Assembly: GCA_907165135.1 (NCBI GenBank)
Contig: OU015568.1
Location: forward strand, 11,160,001-11,224,000
Reading direction: 5' to 3'
DNA length: 64,000 bases
Source of the DNA: Oikopleura dioica
Taxonomy: Eukaryota; Animalia; Chordata
Shown: one piece after another, positions 49,901-63,300 of the stretch
Position numbering within the stretch: position 1 is the stretch's first letter
How the letters are laid out: each line of letters opens with the position of its first letter
Program-made: the position numbers and the translations under genes
The notes under the pieces: model-generated
What the model saw: only the letters and a program-made list of their open reading frames with translations
The model's database searches: none
What the model was told of the DNA's origin: nothing

Positions 49901-52570
49901 CTTTTCCTGTAGTCCCTGGTCGAAAAAAACACAAGTCCAGATTTTTGAACTTTGGAAGAAGCTTGTGAGCAGGGCAGTTATCGATATACATCAAATAACG
50001 CTGCGATGGATTTTTTTCTTTCAAAAAAGTCGAAAGACGAGTCAGCTCCAGAATAAATATCGGTCTTGTACACCAGGCGGAGGGATTCCAGTAAAGTCGA
50101 AAATCTCAAAATAAATAAGCTTGGTTTTTTTTCAATTTTTACCTTTAAAATCTCTGAATTCTACTTCATGATATTGGAGATTTTTAGGGGAAGAGGGCTT
50201 GGTTTCGTCATAGTTCGGGTTGGCCACTCGTTCGATCTGTTTTCTTGGGGCACTTTGCCACTTACTTCCTTGATTTCGTGTAATTATTGCAGGGCGGTAA
50301 TCTTTTAGCGGCCCAAACACATTTATAGTCGGAATAAATGTAAACCGCTCTTTTTGATGAGCGATTTTTGACAGTTGATCATCAGATCCAAGCAAGATAC
50401 GATTACGCGTGTCGATCTCTCGGTTGACGCCCGTTTCGTCACAGTTTAAAATAGCACTTTAATATAATAATTGCAAAAATAAATGATAATTTCTCACCTC
50501 AATGGATATTTAGAACGACAGGCTCGTAAACGCTGAATTTCAAAATTTTTCTCATCTTCAGTGAGATATACAACATCAGTGTTTTTCGAGGTTTTTCGTC
50601 CATAATCACGAATAATTCGTGTGACAAAGCGTGAAGAAATACACAGATTTTGTATCTCTTTGTCTTCGGGAAAGTTTTCATCAATCATTTTTCGCAACCA
50701 TCTTGCAGCTCCACGAAGTTTCATTTTATGTTGGCGTTGAGGGTAAAGTTCCTTGATTTTTCTTCTAGCTTCTGCATTGATGAAGATTTCTTCTGTGTTA
50801 GTTGAAATTTATGCTTCGATTTCGATGACAGGATCGTAAACCTTTTGTTATAAAGGTTTGTAAATGTACACTTCGGGATATCGTGTCCATGTTGCTTTCG
50901 GTACAGATCATTTACAGCCTTTTTAGCATTCCTCTTGTTCGCACCATTCACCAAAATCTCTGCATACTTCTTTTTCTCTGCCATCGTCATGTGAATTCTC
51001 TTTTCGGACATGTTTCCAGCAAAATATGTTTCGAGGAATGAATTAGTAAAAATTAAAAACATGGGCGCGTGCCTTGTTCTGGAAATAATCATAGCCTTGT
51101 TAATATTCGATCTTTCAGTGGAAAAACCAAATTTTAACTTCTCTGTTGTTGTGTGGCTTTAAAATTAGTGAGAAGAGAATTTTAAGATATGTATACCTGG
51201 CTCGACTCAAAAATTTCCAACTTAAGAGGACTTTTTCTTGGCCCTTGTAATCTCAAAAGGCCTCTAAAGATGGAAAAAAACTGTATATCATGTAATAGTG
51301 GTTAAAGTCGCTCTAGGAACGCGTATCTTATCAACCAGGGGACTATCATTTTTGAATACCTGGTCTGGCACCACGGTATCTTGCCGAGTCAGTGCTTTGA
51401 AATCACTGTACTGCTCAGCAGTGAGAGACTCGGCTCGATTTCGTTGCTGCTCGCTTTCTGGCTCTTCGTCAATAATTATTTGAGATTCCAAAGGCTCAAC
51501 GCCTAGTTGGTCGAGTTCTTCTTCCAATACTTTGACAATTTTGTGGTAAACTTGCATACCGTGCGTTTTCTAAAACAAAAAAGTTTTCACGAAACAGTAC
51601 AGTCAATATTTCAGGCTCTACTGTTCCAAAAATTGATGGTCAATTTATGCGTCCAATTTTCCTGAATTTGCATAAACCATGAGACGGTTTTACGTACAAA
51701 ACATGAAAAATTCTCCTTTTTTAAGGATATACCCGATAAAATTGAACTTTCATAGCGCCTAAATACGAAGTCGGATCATTTTTATTTCAAAAGCAATCCT
51801 ACCTAAAATTGTGCGTTAAATTAAATTATGGTACTTTTTTAGAAATTTTCATTAGAATTTTCCTCTCTAGAGCGATTTGAAAATGAACTCTCTCGATTTC
51901 TCGAAATGTTTCCACTAAATTGCTAAAACTGAACCGTATTCTGTATTGCAATGATGCTAAGCTACAAGATTGATGGGATCAAATTCTTAAACTCGATCGA
52001 ATTTTTATTCTAGTGTTCTCTTCTTTTATACCCTTGTTTTTCTTCTCTGCGCGTTTTTTCGCGTGCTACCAATCAGAGCGGTGCGCTCAACCACGCACTT
52101 TCTCTCGGAAAAGAGGAGTCGAGTGAGTGAGCTCCCAGCGCGCCGCTTTGTAGAGCTTTTACGCGCTGAGTAGCCCTCAATGAAATGGCTCTAGAATCGG
52201 TTTCCTTCGGAATTAACGAAAAGTAAACCATCAAAATTGTACATAATGGTCTAAAGAACTTATATATCGAAAATTCTCGACCGATTTATACAAAAAATTT
52301 CGAGTAATCGAGAGAGTAAGATTTGAAATCGCTCTAAAGAGAAAAATTCAAATGAAAAAATTTAAAGAATTACCAGATTTGAGTTCTACGTGCATTTTAA
52401 CGTAGAATTGCTTTTGAAATATAAATGATCCTACGTCGCATTTCGGCGCTATAAAAGTTCAATTTTATCGGGTATATCCTTAAATAGCTGAGGAAATACC
52501 TTGGTAAACTCGACAAGTTCTTTGTCCGTTTCCACTTCAAAGTCATTCGATTCGCCGAGAGCTAAGATAA
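46911..52570 (-). CDS. Uncharacterised multi-exon gene with acidic low-complexity exons and transposon-filled introns
   Basis: Open exons with AG/GT boundaries at about 52500-52570, 51361-51570, 48445-48592, 47226-47430 and 46990-47100; RGPRP motif twice; poly-Glu run. Model incomplete. Confidence 0.45.
48678..49028. mobile_element. Non-autonomous Mutator-like MITE (351 bp)
   Basis: 9-bp TSD AGTCGAAAC (48669-48677 and 49029-49037); ~50-bp imperfect TIR GGGA(C/T)GCGGA.TTTT.TTGTAAAAG.GCCTTTTCTTGTAAATTTGAA. Confidence 0.85.
49225..51283 (-). mobile_element. pogo-like (Tc1/mariner superfamily) DNA transposon, 2059 bp
   Basis: TA TSD; 25-bp TIR CAGTTTTTTTCCATCTT(A/T)AGAGGCC with 1 mismatch; subterminal CCAACTTAAGAGGACTTT repeats; contains a transposase gene. 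Confidence 0.92.
49371..51011 (-). pseudogene. pogo-type DDD transposase with three short introns and one apparent frameshift
   Basis: NCDETG, YIDNCPAH and PGTT|GVYQPCD (about DD30D); C-terminal FKRSWINTG. One A is missing in the A-run near 50757-50763 (GAAGAAAAATCAAGG). Confidence 0.8.
51725..52479. mobile_element. Non-autonomous element with TTAA TSD and GG..CC ends (Kolobok-like), 755 bp
   Basis: TTAA|GGATATACCCGATAAAATTGAAC ... GTTCAATTTTATCGGGTATATCC|TTAA, with about 200 bp of imperfect inverted repeat. Confidence 0.8.
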
Positions 52571-55500
52571 TGGATTAGCCTGTCATGAAAACCCTTCTGC
52601 TATTTTCTAGAGCCACGTAAGTAAAGGCCCAAAGAAGAGATAAGGCTCTTAATTCTTCATTATCAATCAAATGTTAAAGGAAGGTCTAAATCCACTTTGA
52701 TAGAAACTTATCAATATTTACTCCAGCGAACATAAATGTTCCCGTGCGAAACATATGTTAACGTAAATCATTCAAGGTACAAGGCCCAATTTTTTATTTC
52801 TCCGCTAATCCCTTGTTAGCTCCGTTTTCTGAATGCTCCATTATTTTCTGGAGACTCATTAATTATCATTAACGGTGTGAAATAATATCTTCGCGGTATA
52901 ATTTATGATTACGCAAATTAACGCGCGAATCTAGTTTTGCATAAACTATCGATTTTGATAACACAAAGATGCATCGTCTATCAAAACCTCTTATGGCTGG
53001 GGAGACTTTGTAATTAGCTGCTAAGTCGGGCTCTAAAATAAATTCATCCACATCGATTATTTGAAAAAGTCAAATAGATGGGGCTGTGCTGGATACATAT
53101 TATCCAAACAACGTGTCTAGATAAGTGTTATTTATTATTCGTAATAATCTTGGCCGCCGCGTTTCCGAAAAAATTAAAATGCCTTACCGAGACCGTCTTC
53201 GATTTCGGCTGCAGCAACTTCTTCCATTTGCTCTCGCCATGCTGGGCTTTCTTTTTACGTTATTAAATTTGCATTCAAGAAGTTCTATCTCAAGTGTAAT
53301 TACCGATAAGAGGTTCAAACTGACACACTTTGCTTCAATGTAATTACTTTTTAGAAGCCCTCTGTATTTTAGACAAATTTTATCAATTTCAAACTGCTCT
53401 TTATATAATTATCAAGCTCTTACTTAGAAGATGAATTAATAAATAATAATCGGAATATCAAGAAAACCAAATAAATGAAAACAATTTAGTTATCGAAAGC
53501 AGACGAATTACGGCTTAGTAGAACAATTAAGTAACGGTCCTTCGAGATCCGCTGAAGTTGCAAGAGGAAATTGAGAAAACTGCTCAACTGTTTTCAGTTT
53601 CAACATTATTCTTTCGAAGTTGGGGTGCAAATACACCACCATTTATTATTATTCTATCCATTTAGATGATCAAAGAGCTTAGAATTTAGATAATATTTTG
53701 CTTAAACCGAGCCTGGTACAACCAACAAATATCTTCCTTTTTAGGGAATCACAATTTAATTAAATTTTAGATGTTTTACTGAATTTTAATAATTTTTTAA
53801 TTACCCATCATGTTCACATGTTCCCTAGATGGTTGGTCATCCAAAATAATGTAAAAATAGCCAACACATCAATTAGACATAAGCCGCTTTGGTTAGCAAA
53901 GCTCTTAATGAACAACGATAAAGTCAGTTTTTGAACTGCTTATATATGCTAGCAGACTTATGATAGCGCTAATTGGAGAGTGAGATACCCATAACTTTGG
54001 TCATGGCCTTCTTGGTTTTGAAATTCTCTGCAGAAATTAGACAGGCAAAGTTTTTCAGTTTGAAAGCTCAAAGGGCAGCTGGAAACGTTCCAGATGATCA
54101 GAAGACTTAGCACGACTCAGCATGACACCACTCCTCATACAGACGATCGCGTTTCCAAGTTAGAAAGCCTTGGAAAGTCATCTCCTGATCCAAATCAGAC
54201 GAGAAGATGCTTTGCTGGTTTAATTTTATTTATCATTCATTAAGAAAAATCGGCGCGGAAATTTAATTAAATTGTATTTAGTAGTAAAGGTAACTGATAC
54301 TGACTGTCAGTCACTATCAACCTTTGATGCGTAAATTACTGTATAATACTGTATCGGCAATACAATCTATCTGCTTATTGAACTTCTGTTGAGGTCAGAG
54401 CTGCACGTTTTCTGAGCTGTTGCTCTTCCTAGGTCAGCGATTTGGAGGAGAGGTTTTTCTATTCGAGGACTTTAAGAAGTCCCTAAATTAGCATTTAATG
54501 TATATTTATCTATATGTTTGTGTGAGGTTTCGTGGTCGTATATAATGTCCAAAGCAGGTATCGACTTGGGCCGATATTTATCGTCATATAAATTAGGGCC
54601 TGATTCCCTTGAATTTAATAGAACGGCGCAGAGAACGGAACCCCGCGCGTTATTTTCTGCGCTGCTCAGATGGCGCACGCGAGCGGCGGCGCGATATGCG
54701 CGCAAATGATGAAAAGCAAAATTTGATAGTGATGATCGGAATTTCCACTGAGTGAGCATTGTTTTTTATGGTGAAAGTTTTTATACAGGACGAAATTTGA
54801 AGAATCCTCGAAAGAGATTATTTGAAAGAACAGACAACAAGTTTGAAGAACTTTTGATACTTCCATCGGTAAGTCATTTTTATCAGGAGACAGACAGAAC
54901 GTCGAATTTTATAGCAGAGAAATAATAAAGTAATAAAAACTTTCTTCTTTTAATTAAAAATATATTGCTGAATCGGAGATTTAGTGAGCTACTAATCAAT
55001 TGAGTTGAAAAATTTTAGAATTTAGGCATTTTTCTTTAATTATTTACTTTATAAAGCTTCTTCTGAATGAAAATAACGAGGATTATGCAGAAATATCTTA
55101 CTGAAATCACCCCCCAATTCATGTTCATGTTCTATGTTTCAAAAATAATCTACTTGAGTCAGTTTACATTCCCCATTTCCGACCCACCTATGTTCTGAAC
55201 TTACGTGATACGGATGGAAGAACCTCTTTTCACGTGTTTTCCAAGAGATCCGTAAAAATATTCAAAACAATTTAGCGGGTTTTAGAAATTTTTAAAGAGC
55301 CGAAATTCGATTATCATGAACTCTTCATTTAAGCGCTACCGCAAAGTTATTTTTTTCCTCTTCCTGAAATTGAGCACTTTGGTCAACTACAGTTACTGTA
55401 GCTGCCTTTCGAATACTTTAGACAAGAAATAATAACGGTTCGAGTATTTCCCTTTGATTGGTGTGTATAAATAGCAGTGAGATTTTTGCGTTCGGCTTTT

Positions 55501-56071
55501 CTTCCGCTCTGAGCTGTTCAGTTCCAAAGAAGAACTTTAATTGTTTTCACCAAGTCATTCAATCCGTTTGTTACCCGAGAAAAGCGCCAGATCAGTTGGA
55601 GACTTGAAGACAGCTAAAATAAATAGCAAACGGCTAAGCTCAAGCATTGAAATGGCACTACTACGTTCAAGTGTAAAACTTCAAATTTTGCTTCAACAAG
55701 CATTTTTTTCGAGTCAAAAATCAACTTTGACGATTGGGAGGGTGATAAGACGAATTTTCTTTTCATGATAAAATTTTATACGTGGAACCGATATACAAAA
55801 CAACTGTACAAAAACAGTGATAGTCAATTAATATCGTGCACCCGATATACGCCAGATAAAAGCCCCTTCTTTGTACCATGTACGTTCACCCGAACAAAAA
55901 ACTGATTAGGAACTATCGATTGTTCGGAGTTTTTTTGGAAGCTGATTTTTGTTTTCAGAATAAAAAGAGCTTTTCATCTTTCGCGTTTTCAGGAGAACGC
56001 TACTTGAGGATGCCGCATAAAATATAATATTTTCGAGTGGTCTAGCTAACTCTAACTTGCCAGTAAAAATG

Positions 56072-56471
56072 CACTGACACCGTTTGTTTTATATTATCCA
56101 CCCGTTTTTCGAACCCCTCTAGAAAAGGGATGAGGACATCCTGAGATTATTTTAGCCCCCCTACGCCACAGAATAGACCTTTACCTCTTATTTTAGCTGC
56201 ATTGAGACACTGTATGATGTCTGTACTCCGAGTCCATAGACTCCCCAAAAGGGGTCAAAATGAGCGAAATCGGGTTTTTCCGGCTTAATGACGTCATAAG
56301 TCAAAGAACATGTGACAATAACTTTTTCTAAGTACCCCTACGCCACTGATCAGAGTCTGATCATCAGACCCTAAGCTAAATTCTGGTACTTTAGGGAACC
56401 CTCTGTGATAACTGTGGTCGGAGAGCATAGACTCCCCAGCTTGGGTTAATATAAAACAAACGGTGTCAGTG
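56072..56471. mobile_element. MITE-like element with CACTG ends and an internal tandem duplication
   Basis: 25-bp TIR CACTGACACCGTTTGTTTTATATTA; CCCCTACGCCAC and CATAGACTCCCC each occur twice about 180-190 bp apart. No TSD resolved. Confidence 0.65.
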
Positions 56472-57698
56472 ACTTTCTGGGCTACTTTTGAGATTGATTT
56501 AAAATAAACATTTTGCAGTTAGTTTTTATCAATCAGAAAGAAGAGACTTTCTTTGACAGTTTTAATTAGACAAGGCGAATTTTTTTCGTATTGAACTGAC
56601 GAGCTTGGTTATCGATCTTCATGGCTCATTATTAGAACGTATAGTATAGAACGGCAGTAAGCTTAAACGTTCGCTTTCCGTGAAAGTCGGAAGTCCGATT
56701 TAAGATGACCGATTTAAAGCAGCGCATCTCGCGAGTTTTCTGACGCGTAATCGAGCTCAGCCCAAGATCCCAAAAATCCATTCGCTTGATTATTTGCGTT
56801 AGGGGATCCAGAACGGCTCAATTTCCTGCGTAACACGTTCTAATGATTAGCAGCTCCTTTTCTAACATTAATTCTTAATAACCCTAGCTTTGTTGCAGGT
56901 GAGTAAAAACCAAACAAATTGTCTGTTGTAAAGGAAAACTTTGTCAATGGTGTGTTGTATTGTGGCTTGAACGGCCGAGCCTGTTGGCCCAAAAGAAATT
57001 TGTTGATTAAATTATTCCTTGAGATTATTAAATTTGTAACTATCTGTAAGCTGATTCGCGGATTTCTACTTTCAATAAAATTCAATCATCGCGAATTGAT
57101 AAATTGGTGAAAATCGAAACCAAGAGCAACTATGCACATTAGCATCTTTTGGCATATTTGCTAAATTTGAAATCAGAAATTCAGAAATAATAACTGTAAA
57201 TAACTCGAAAAACGAGGAACTTGCCTAAATGCTGCGAAGATAAACTTTATCGGGTTATTTTTTTGGCAGAATTAACAGCCTTTTTCCACAGTTATGAGGC
57301 CATCTAAGCATTGAACTTGTAATCTGTGCATTGACTCTTTGAATTGGATTCCCATCCGGCACTCAAATATTTTGACTGCCACGTGCTGGGATCAGGAAGC
57401 TGTCTGGGTTCTCTTGCACAAGTTTCGCTCCTTCCGTTTTTTCGAGAAGCCGCAAATGTTTAGCGGTAGAAAAACACGGAATCCTTCACTTGATTTAACC
57501 ACCAAAATTGTTGGGTCCACATCTTCCTCGAAAAATAACAGCGTCACTTTCTTAAATTAATCATTTTAACAACCGAAGGTCGCGAAGTCAACAAATTTTT
57601 ACCCTATTTCTTGGGAATCAAAAAGGAAAGGTTCAATGCGCGTCGGGTACCGCAACAAGGTTCAACTGTGGCTCCTTCTTGCGGCGTAGGAATCTTAA

Positions 57699-58304
57699 TC
57701 AAGAATTGCTAAAATATTCTAAATGACGTTGTCTCATCATGAGAGGAGGGGAGATAAACCAGTGCGAGAATTCTAGCACTCGCATGTCTTTATGGAAGCC
57801 TGTCATTTTATCGAAACAGTTGAATAGAACGTTATATTCCTGTTTTATCCGTCGATAGTTCGGATGGAATTTTTCAAAGAAAATTTTTGAACAGATAAAA
57901 AAGCCTATGCATTTGAACTTGCTGCATTTGATAGTTGGAAAAATGTATGATAATCGTGTAAACATTCGTTGGTAAAATAAACTAGACAAGGGATAATAAC
58001 CATCAAACACGATACATACGGTTTGAAACCTTTTAGATTTTCTTTTGATAACTATATCTGCACAGTGGGGAGTCTCCAGTTGAGAGATACACATCGTTGT
58101 CTTTCAAGATAGATAGCAAGATATCCAACTGGGGCTCGGACCAGCTGGTGTATGTTGCGCCCTCTTTTGGATGAGATCATAGATAAAAACGCGAAACCAG
58201 CAATTTTTATTATGAAAATTTTGATTTTGAAATGAGTCAAATTGAACTAGAGTAGCGTCATCAATCAAAAGGCACAATATTTCTTCTGAACATTTATCTA
58301 CCAT
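57699..58304 (-). other. Possible degenerate or F-box-like gene remnant
   Basis: ORFs 58104-58304 (MVDKCSEEILCLLIDD, weakly F-box-like) and 57699-58094, with fragmented frames downstream. Confidence 0.2.
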
Positions 58305-58553
58305 TTTTATGAATGTTATCCCGAATAAAACTTATGTGACATAAATTATGTTTTGCTAAATTATTTTTCGATTTTCATCGACCTTGCTAATGCAATAAGA
58401 ATTCTGAATAAAAATAATTCATGCTGATATGCTTCCACTGGTAACCCTAATATTTAGTTTGAACACGAAGATCCTTTAATCAATTTCGAAAACTGAAGAC
58501 TCAGCGAAGACCTCACGAAATTACTTGTAAATACGTTTTTTAACATGTTAAGA

Positions 58554-61500
58554 CTTTTAGCGCTGGGTATTGTTTTAATATCGCAGCATGCTTGCCACGC
58601 AAGGGTGAACATAACAGTGTCGTTGTGTACCGCAAAAGGGAACTCAATCAAGAAGACACACAATGGATACCTGAGTGGTGGTGCCGGAGAACAAGGGGCG
58701 CTTTTTATTCGTCTTTCGCCGAAGGGATATTTCAGATTAAAAAATTCGCTCTCTCTAGGAACGGTTTTGTATAACAGCTTAGAATTGAAGGAACAGTTGT
58801 ATTTCCGCACTAGTAAATTTGCATCAGCGCACTTAAGGAGACACCTCACTTTATTTGTAAGAAAAGTTTAGGAAAATGCGTAAACTAATAAAACCCCCTA
58901 TCCAAACTAGAGTTCTTTAAAAGTGCTCAGAAGCAAAACCTTAATCCCGTGACAGATATTTATTTCTACGTTCACAAAGCCCCTCCTCTAGAATCTGATT
59001 TACATAAGTCAGCTCATCCCTTTCAAACACAAGCGCAAAATATTAGAAATTCGATTAAAACTCGCTCGGGAAATCCGAGCTAGCTCAGTCTTCTAAATCC
59101 TGAAAAATCAAATCATCGCCAAAGGAAATGACGCTTAATTTTTCTGCACCGCTGAAATTTTGAAACGTTCCATTAATAAACGATAGCGTCATGAGGCGGA
59201 AATTTTATTTTATCTTCGAATCTTGAAACTGAAGGTCTTAGACTGTTTTTTTCTTCGCAAGATCAGTTAATGTTATTCGACAAATTAAATAATCGTGCGC
59301 CGCGTTCATCGTCAAATTTACTTTTATTCAAAACTAGTATTTTTTTCATCAAAAACTGCCGTTATCGCGTTCAATTTGGCTTCTTTGAAATTTCAATTTA
59401 GAAATTTTGTGAATATGCAAAACTAGCACTGCTAAGAATAATCAATAGTGCTGTTTTCAAGCAGTTTTAAAACCTTGAGAATCGCTCTCTACTGTATAAC
59501 TGAAAGACTAAACCGTTAAAAAGATGTGGGTACAAGCACCGTCGAATATCCAGGTAATCTGATGCGAGCTTCACAAATCGAGGTCCACTACCGATCGAGA
59601 GATATTCTCTGTCTGGAGCAACTGACCATTCAAGAAGGAACTTACCGGTAAGTCTATCTTTTAGGGAACTCAACCGTGATCTTGCGTCAGTCACGTGTAC
59701 CTAACCCTAACCATTTTCATTTTCAGAATCGATTTGATACAAAACTGGGACCAGAATTCTTTCGTGCCGAAACACGGCTGGGAATCGCAAACGTAAGTTT
59801 CTTACACAAATCAACTGTATCGAAACCAAAGGGCGGCTGGATTAATTCATTTCAGCGGACGAAAAGCATCCTTATGGAGCAATTCCTGCTCGCCAGAAGC
59901 GTTTAGGTGGTTGACGAAAAACGAACATTTCAAGGAGCACTGCCACAGTCATCTTTTTATGCAACATCGACGTGGAGATTGTAAGTTTTTTTAATATTCA
60001 AAACTGGGTCAAATTTGCTCGAACACTTTTTGAATTGGACGAAACAATTTGAAACGCAAATTCTAGCGCAACGATGTACAAATACTTTTATACGACAAAG
60101 ATGCGGCGCGAATTCTGATTGCGCCGACACTCAAAAGGGACCGAGATGTCTTTGCCACAAAGGCTACAAATGGAGTGACAGAACGCAGAGTTGCCAAGAT
60201 ATCGACGAATGCAACAGTGGAAGTGTTTTGTCGCCATGTAAAGGTAATAGTAAGTGTCATAATACAGAAGGATCCTTCTTCTGCGAATGCCCACCTGGAC
60301 TCACGGGTGAATACTGCCATTGGGACATCGACGAGTGCGCTGAGGGAACACAGGTGAGATTCTTGAAAACCATAAATATCCGAATTACAATGAAATATAA
60401 ATATTTTATTTATTAGCACTATATTGAACATCATTCACTTGAAAATAATATTCGGTGTATATCCGGTGTATATTATAATGATATTTTTCCGTCGATAAGG
60501 TCATCTGTTCTTCCTTGAAACCTAGCACGTAACATGTCCATCAAAAATGGTCTCTAGAAACGTGAAAGAGTATCCAGCGTATAATTTACCCATGGAGCTA
60601 ATGAGCCCGTTAAGGTTTGCGATGGTAAGACCTCCACTTGTACCAACGCATACGGCTCGTACACTTGCACTTGTAAGGACCAGTTCTAAAAATCTGTTTG
60701 ACTCGACGGTTTTCGAACCTGAGAATCCATTTTTGCTGAACTTGTAAAAAGACAGGCTTTCGGAAGGATGCGTATACTGACAAGAGCTGTCAAGACATTG
60801 ACGAATGCGCCGAAGGTACCGACTCCTGCTGGGGCGGCGCTGAATGCATCAATCTCCTCGGCAAACACACATGCAAGTGCCCAGGCAGGGTTTTTTCACG
60901 TTTTAAAAGAAACGCAGAGAACTTGCGGCTTCTTTGCGCGGCCAGATGATCAAGTGAGCGGCGCTCATTTGAATCACTAGCGGGTTTTCGAACATATTTC
61001 TGAACGATTTCACCTGTAATAACTGCTCTTTGATTCTGAGAAAGAGAAGCTTCTATTTTTCATCTTCTGGACTTTCCTTTCTATACTTTTCCAAAAAACG
61101 CAAAGGTTCGCTAAAATACACGTAATTCTTTTTCTGAGAAGACATTTCTTACTCACTTGAAAAACGAAATTACCGCCCGTTTTTTAACTAAATCAACGTT
61201 GCAGGTAACCAAAAGTGACAAATTCGATTGTTCTACTCGAGTAGGATTTTGAAAGGAATCCAACGGACAAGTCGGAAACATGTCTTTTCCACGCATTCAA
61301 GTGTCACCCGTCCTTAATCCATTGATAATTGCAAGTGTTGTACACGGTTAGACCGATAGCGTGAACGTTATTCAATCTTGGAATCTTTGAGTTCAGTTAA
61401 AAATTCAAATGCAATTAAAATAGCTTGCTTTTTGCTTTTTTACAAAAAAAAACACTTGATCAAGCTATGACAAATTCGCAACGCCGTCTTAAATCTTCTA

Positions 61501-63300
61501 AATCAATTTTTGAATGAATCTTCTAAATGAATTAATGAAAATTCAAACTATGCAAAAACCAGTCAAAGATGGCTTTGCCGGCGACGGATTTTTCTGCGAA
61601 GATTTCGACGAATGCGCGACTGATAGCCACCAGTGCCATGAAGACGCAATGTGCGCTAACCGCTTAGGGAGCTACGAGTGTATCTGTAATGACGGCTTCA
61701 CGGGCAATGGAACGCACTGTGAAATACCGGAACCGGAAGAGGAGCGATTCTCGATTCTTGAGCGAATAATGCAACCTCTTGGAATGTGGTCAAGTGACTG
61801 GCACCCACTAATGGAACGTCGAATGCAGCTTATAGCGCCGCGAAACAGGAAATGGTCGAAATTTCACTTTTTTTGATGATTCAATCAAAATTATTTGTAG
61901 AATGAGAGTCACTTTCTCCCGCTAATTTTGACCTCGAGAAGTGGATTAGGGTGCGAAAATGATGACCGAGTCTGGCCAGAAGGTTGCCCGCCGCCGAGCT
62001 GCGATGTGGCTACGCTAGAGATCACAAATGCTTGGAAATCGAAAGGAAAAGGGTTGAACACGGACTTATTGTTGGTTGCTTTCTCAAAATCAGCGAAATT
62101 AACCCTGAAAAGTGCGACGGTTGAACAAACGCGCCGCAGATTTGCACGGCGAGTACAAATATTTCACTGGCTTTGCGGGGACACTAACAATTCCCGAAGA
62201 GGTTGTCCAACACGAAGGCGGTTTCTCGATCCTGCTCAGCTTCGATAGGTGAGACTTCACACGATAAGATAAATAGAGCCCGGGCGCTGGAATTTTGAAC
62301 AAGATATAAAATATCAACTAAGTTAGATGTTGTTTTAGCTCTTATTTGGTTTTTTATGAACGCTCCTTTAACCACCCGCTCTCGAAGGAAAATTGCCGTT
62401 CTTGTGTTTACTTTCAATTAGTGAGAAACGATTAAACGTGGCCCTGAGCCTTGAAAATCCGCTTGATAAGGCTAGATCTCCAGCCGGAGTGAGGTACTCA
62501 ACGAATAAGCTTAGTCCCGATCAAAATAATTGGTTAGATAATTGGCGTTCCCAAGCGTTTTCCTCGTTTTTCCGCTGTCTATGCCGCATACAATTCGGCC
62601 AAGAAAGTTCTATAAGCAATATTTGCGGCTGTACACCACTCAAGTATCGGATCTTCTGGGTTCTATCAAGCTAATCCTGCACCCAAATTATCTAGCTCCA
62701 CGATCACATACGTGCTTATCCCATCTCCGCGCGCTACTTTCGTATTTTCGTACACGTTTTCATTAGCACGTAAACGCTAATCCCCAATTTGAAATTCGTT
62801 AAAAATTCGTTTATCTGCTTAAAAATATTCTTTTCTAGCTCCATGTTTGACTCTGCCTCGCTGACTTTTGAAAGTTTTAATTTGGCGATTTGGGATTTGG
62901 TATTTGACGAGCAGGGAAGATCGGGAGTGCTCCTGCGGCCTAAGAGCGACTTGGATATGATCCGCGATGAGCTGCAGATCAATTCGAATCAATTCCAGAT
63001 CATTGTCGACAGGTTAAACGAAGATGCGGGATTTCGTAAGTTCTCTATTATCCGTCTCTTTTTACCAGGCGTTTAGCAAAAGTGTACCTTTGGGCACAAA
63101 CTGATGTTGATTCTTCATGCATCGGAAACTCAACTAGACCTGACATGGACGAGATCATGGTTGATAAACACGGCCGAGAGCTCGAAACTGACCAGATTCG
63201 AAAGGTAAAACTTATATTTCTTCCGAACTTCACTATTTTCTCTTAGATTTCTTGGTCAGAGGACTCGATTACGAGGCTGAAACGACTCTAAACGCCTGAA
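58554..63300 (+). CDS. Secreted calcium-binding EGF-repeat protein with unrecognised flanking regions
   Basis: Signal peptide (MLRLLALGIVLISQHACHA). cbEGF repeats: DIDECNSG..CHNTEGSFFCEC, DIDECAEG, DFDECATDSHQCHEDAMCANRLGSYECIC. Linkage of the first exons and the 3' end are uncertain. Confidence 0.7.

Noticed and set aside
52600-57600. Scattered short ORFs and exon-like fragments
   Set aside because: I could not assemble a consistent gene model or recognise any family; left unannotated.
57625-57695. GGTTCAA motifs as tRNA T-loops
   Set aside because: No cloverleaf, D-arm or acceptor stem can be built.
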